Part shown: positions 63,603-64,000 of the stretch, piece after piece
Layout: each line of letters opens with the position of its first letter
How positions within the stretch are numbered: position 1 is the stretch's first letter
DNA from: Paraspadella gotoi
Lineage: Eukaryota > Animalia > Chaetognatha
NCBI GenBank assembly: GCA_051294375.1
Contig: CM119267.1
Span: 1,879,368-1,943,367 of the forward strand
DNA: 64,000 bases
Reading direction: 5' to 3'
Position numbers and translations under genes: made by a program
The notes under the pieces: generated by a model
What the model saw: only the letters and a program-made list of their open reading frames with translations
Database searches by the model: none
What the model was told of the DNA's origin: nothing

Positions 63603-63935
63603 CTAGTAGGTTATAGTATTGATAGATGGAATAAGATAACGAAACGTTAAACAATGAACCCCAAAGTGTTTCAAAGAACTGGTAATGATTTCGAGGCAAG
63701 ATTTAATGTGACGAATCTTAACGATGAATCTACTCAAGTCGTCCATCAGGGAGCGCACGACATTTCGATACAAGTTTTTCAGATTTGGATCGATGTCCCG
63801 AGATCTCTCTTCGTCCTCCAATATTTCATAAACGCGTCTGAAAAGATCGATGTTCTCGTGGGCCCGATATCTGTAAGTATTGTACTTTTTCTCTTCAGCT
63901 TCGCATACAGCATAGTTGGTAGAGAGGTTCTCCAA
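63603..63935 (-). CDS. Orphan ~110-aa helical protein upstream of PolB; 5' end may lie outside the window
   Basis: Non-low-complexity ORF with a TTG start; degraded duplicate at ~55430-55620. Confidence 0.5.
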   Translation of the reverse strand: MENLSTNYAVCEAEEKKYNTYRYRAHENIDLFRRVYEILEDEERSRDIDPNLKNLYRNVVRSLMDDLSRFIVKIRHIKSCLEIITSSLKHFGVHCLTFRYLIPSINTITY

Positions 63936-64000
63936 CAGACCGATCAGACGAGAGTTTTGACAGTTTTTTTTATCTCTATTATCGGTCGAGTAAACTAGTT

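Larger units (their letters stand above)
35945..64000. mobile_element. Endogenous Maverick/Polinton (adintovirus-like dsDNA virus), intron-containing; termini not identified
   Basis: Co-located hallmark set: A32/FtsK-like ATPase, RVE integrase, penton, major capsid, adenain-like protease and protein-primed PolB, in convergent +/- modules. Confidence 0.93.

Overview
Eukaryotic, AT-rich, microsatellite-rich genomic DNA from an error-prone draft assembly (25-N, 10-N and 100-N gaps, many homopolymer indels). Positions 1-33.5 kb are non-coding: noisy duplicated segments, a ~3.2-kb inverted duplication next to gaps, small tandem repeats, and two short hairpin elements that each carry a minimal hammerhead-ribozyme core of the Penelope-like-element type. 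From ~35.9 kb to the window end lies an endogenous Maverick/Polinton (adintovirus-like) element. On the + strand it encodes a packaging ATPase, two small proteins with GG motifs followed by amphipathic helices, a TPxKK-rich protein, a retroviral-type integrase, a penton, a major capsid protein and an adenain-like protease. On the - strand it encodes a protein-primed DNA polymerase B (partly present twice), a tandem PC4-like protein, a RING-like protein and orphan ORFs. The main result, invisible in the ORF track, is that the viral genes are heavily intronized: about 15 GT-AG introns, mostly ~58-77 nt, several of which split catalytic motifs such as Walker A, Exo II and Pol motif A. Terminal inverted repeats were not found. 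All family assignments come from motif recognition by eye, without database searches.
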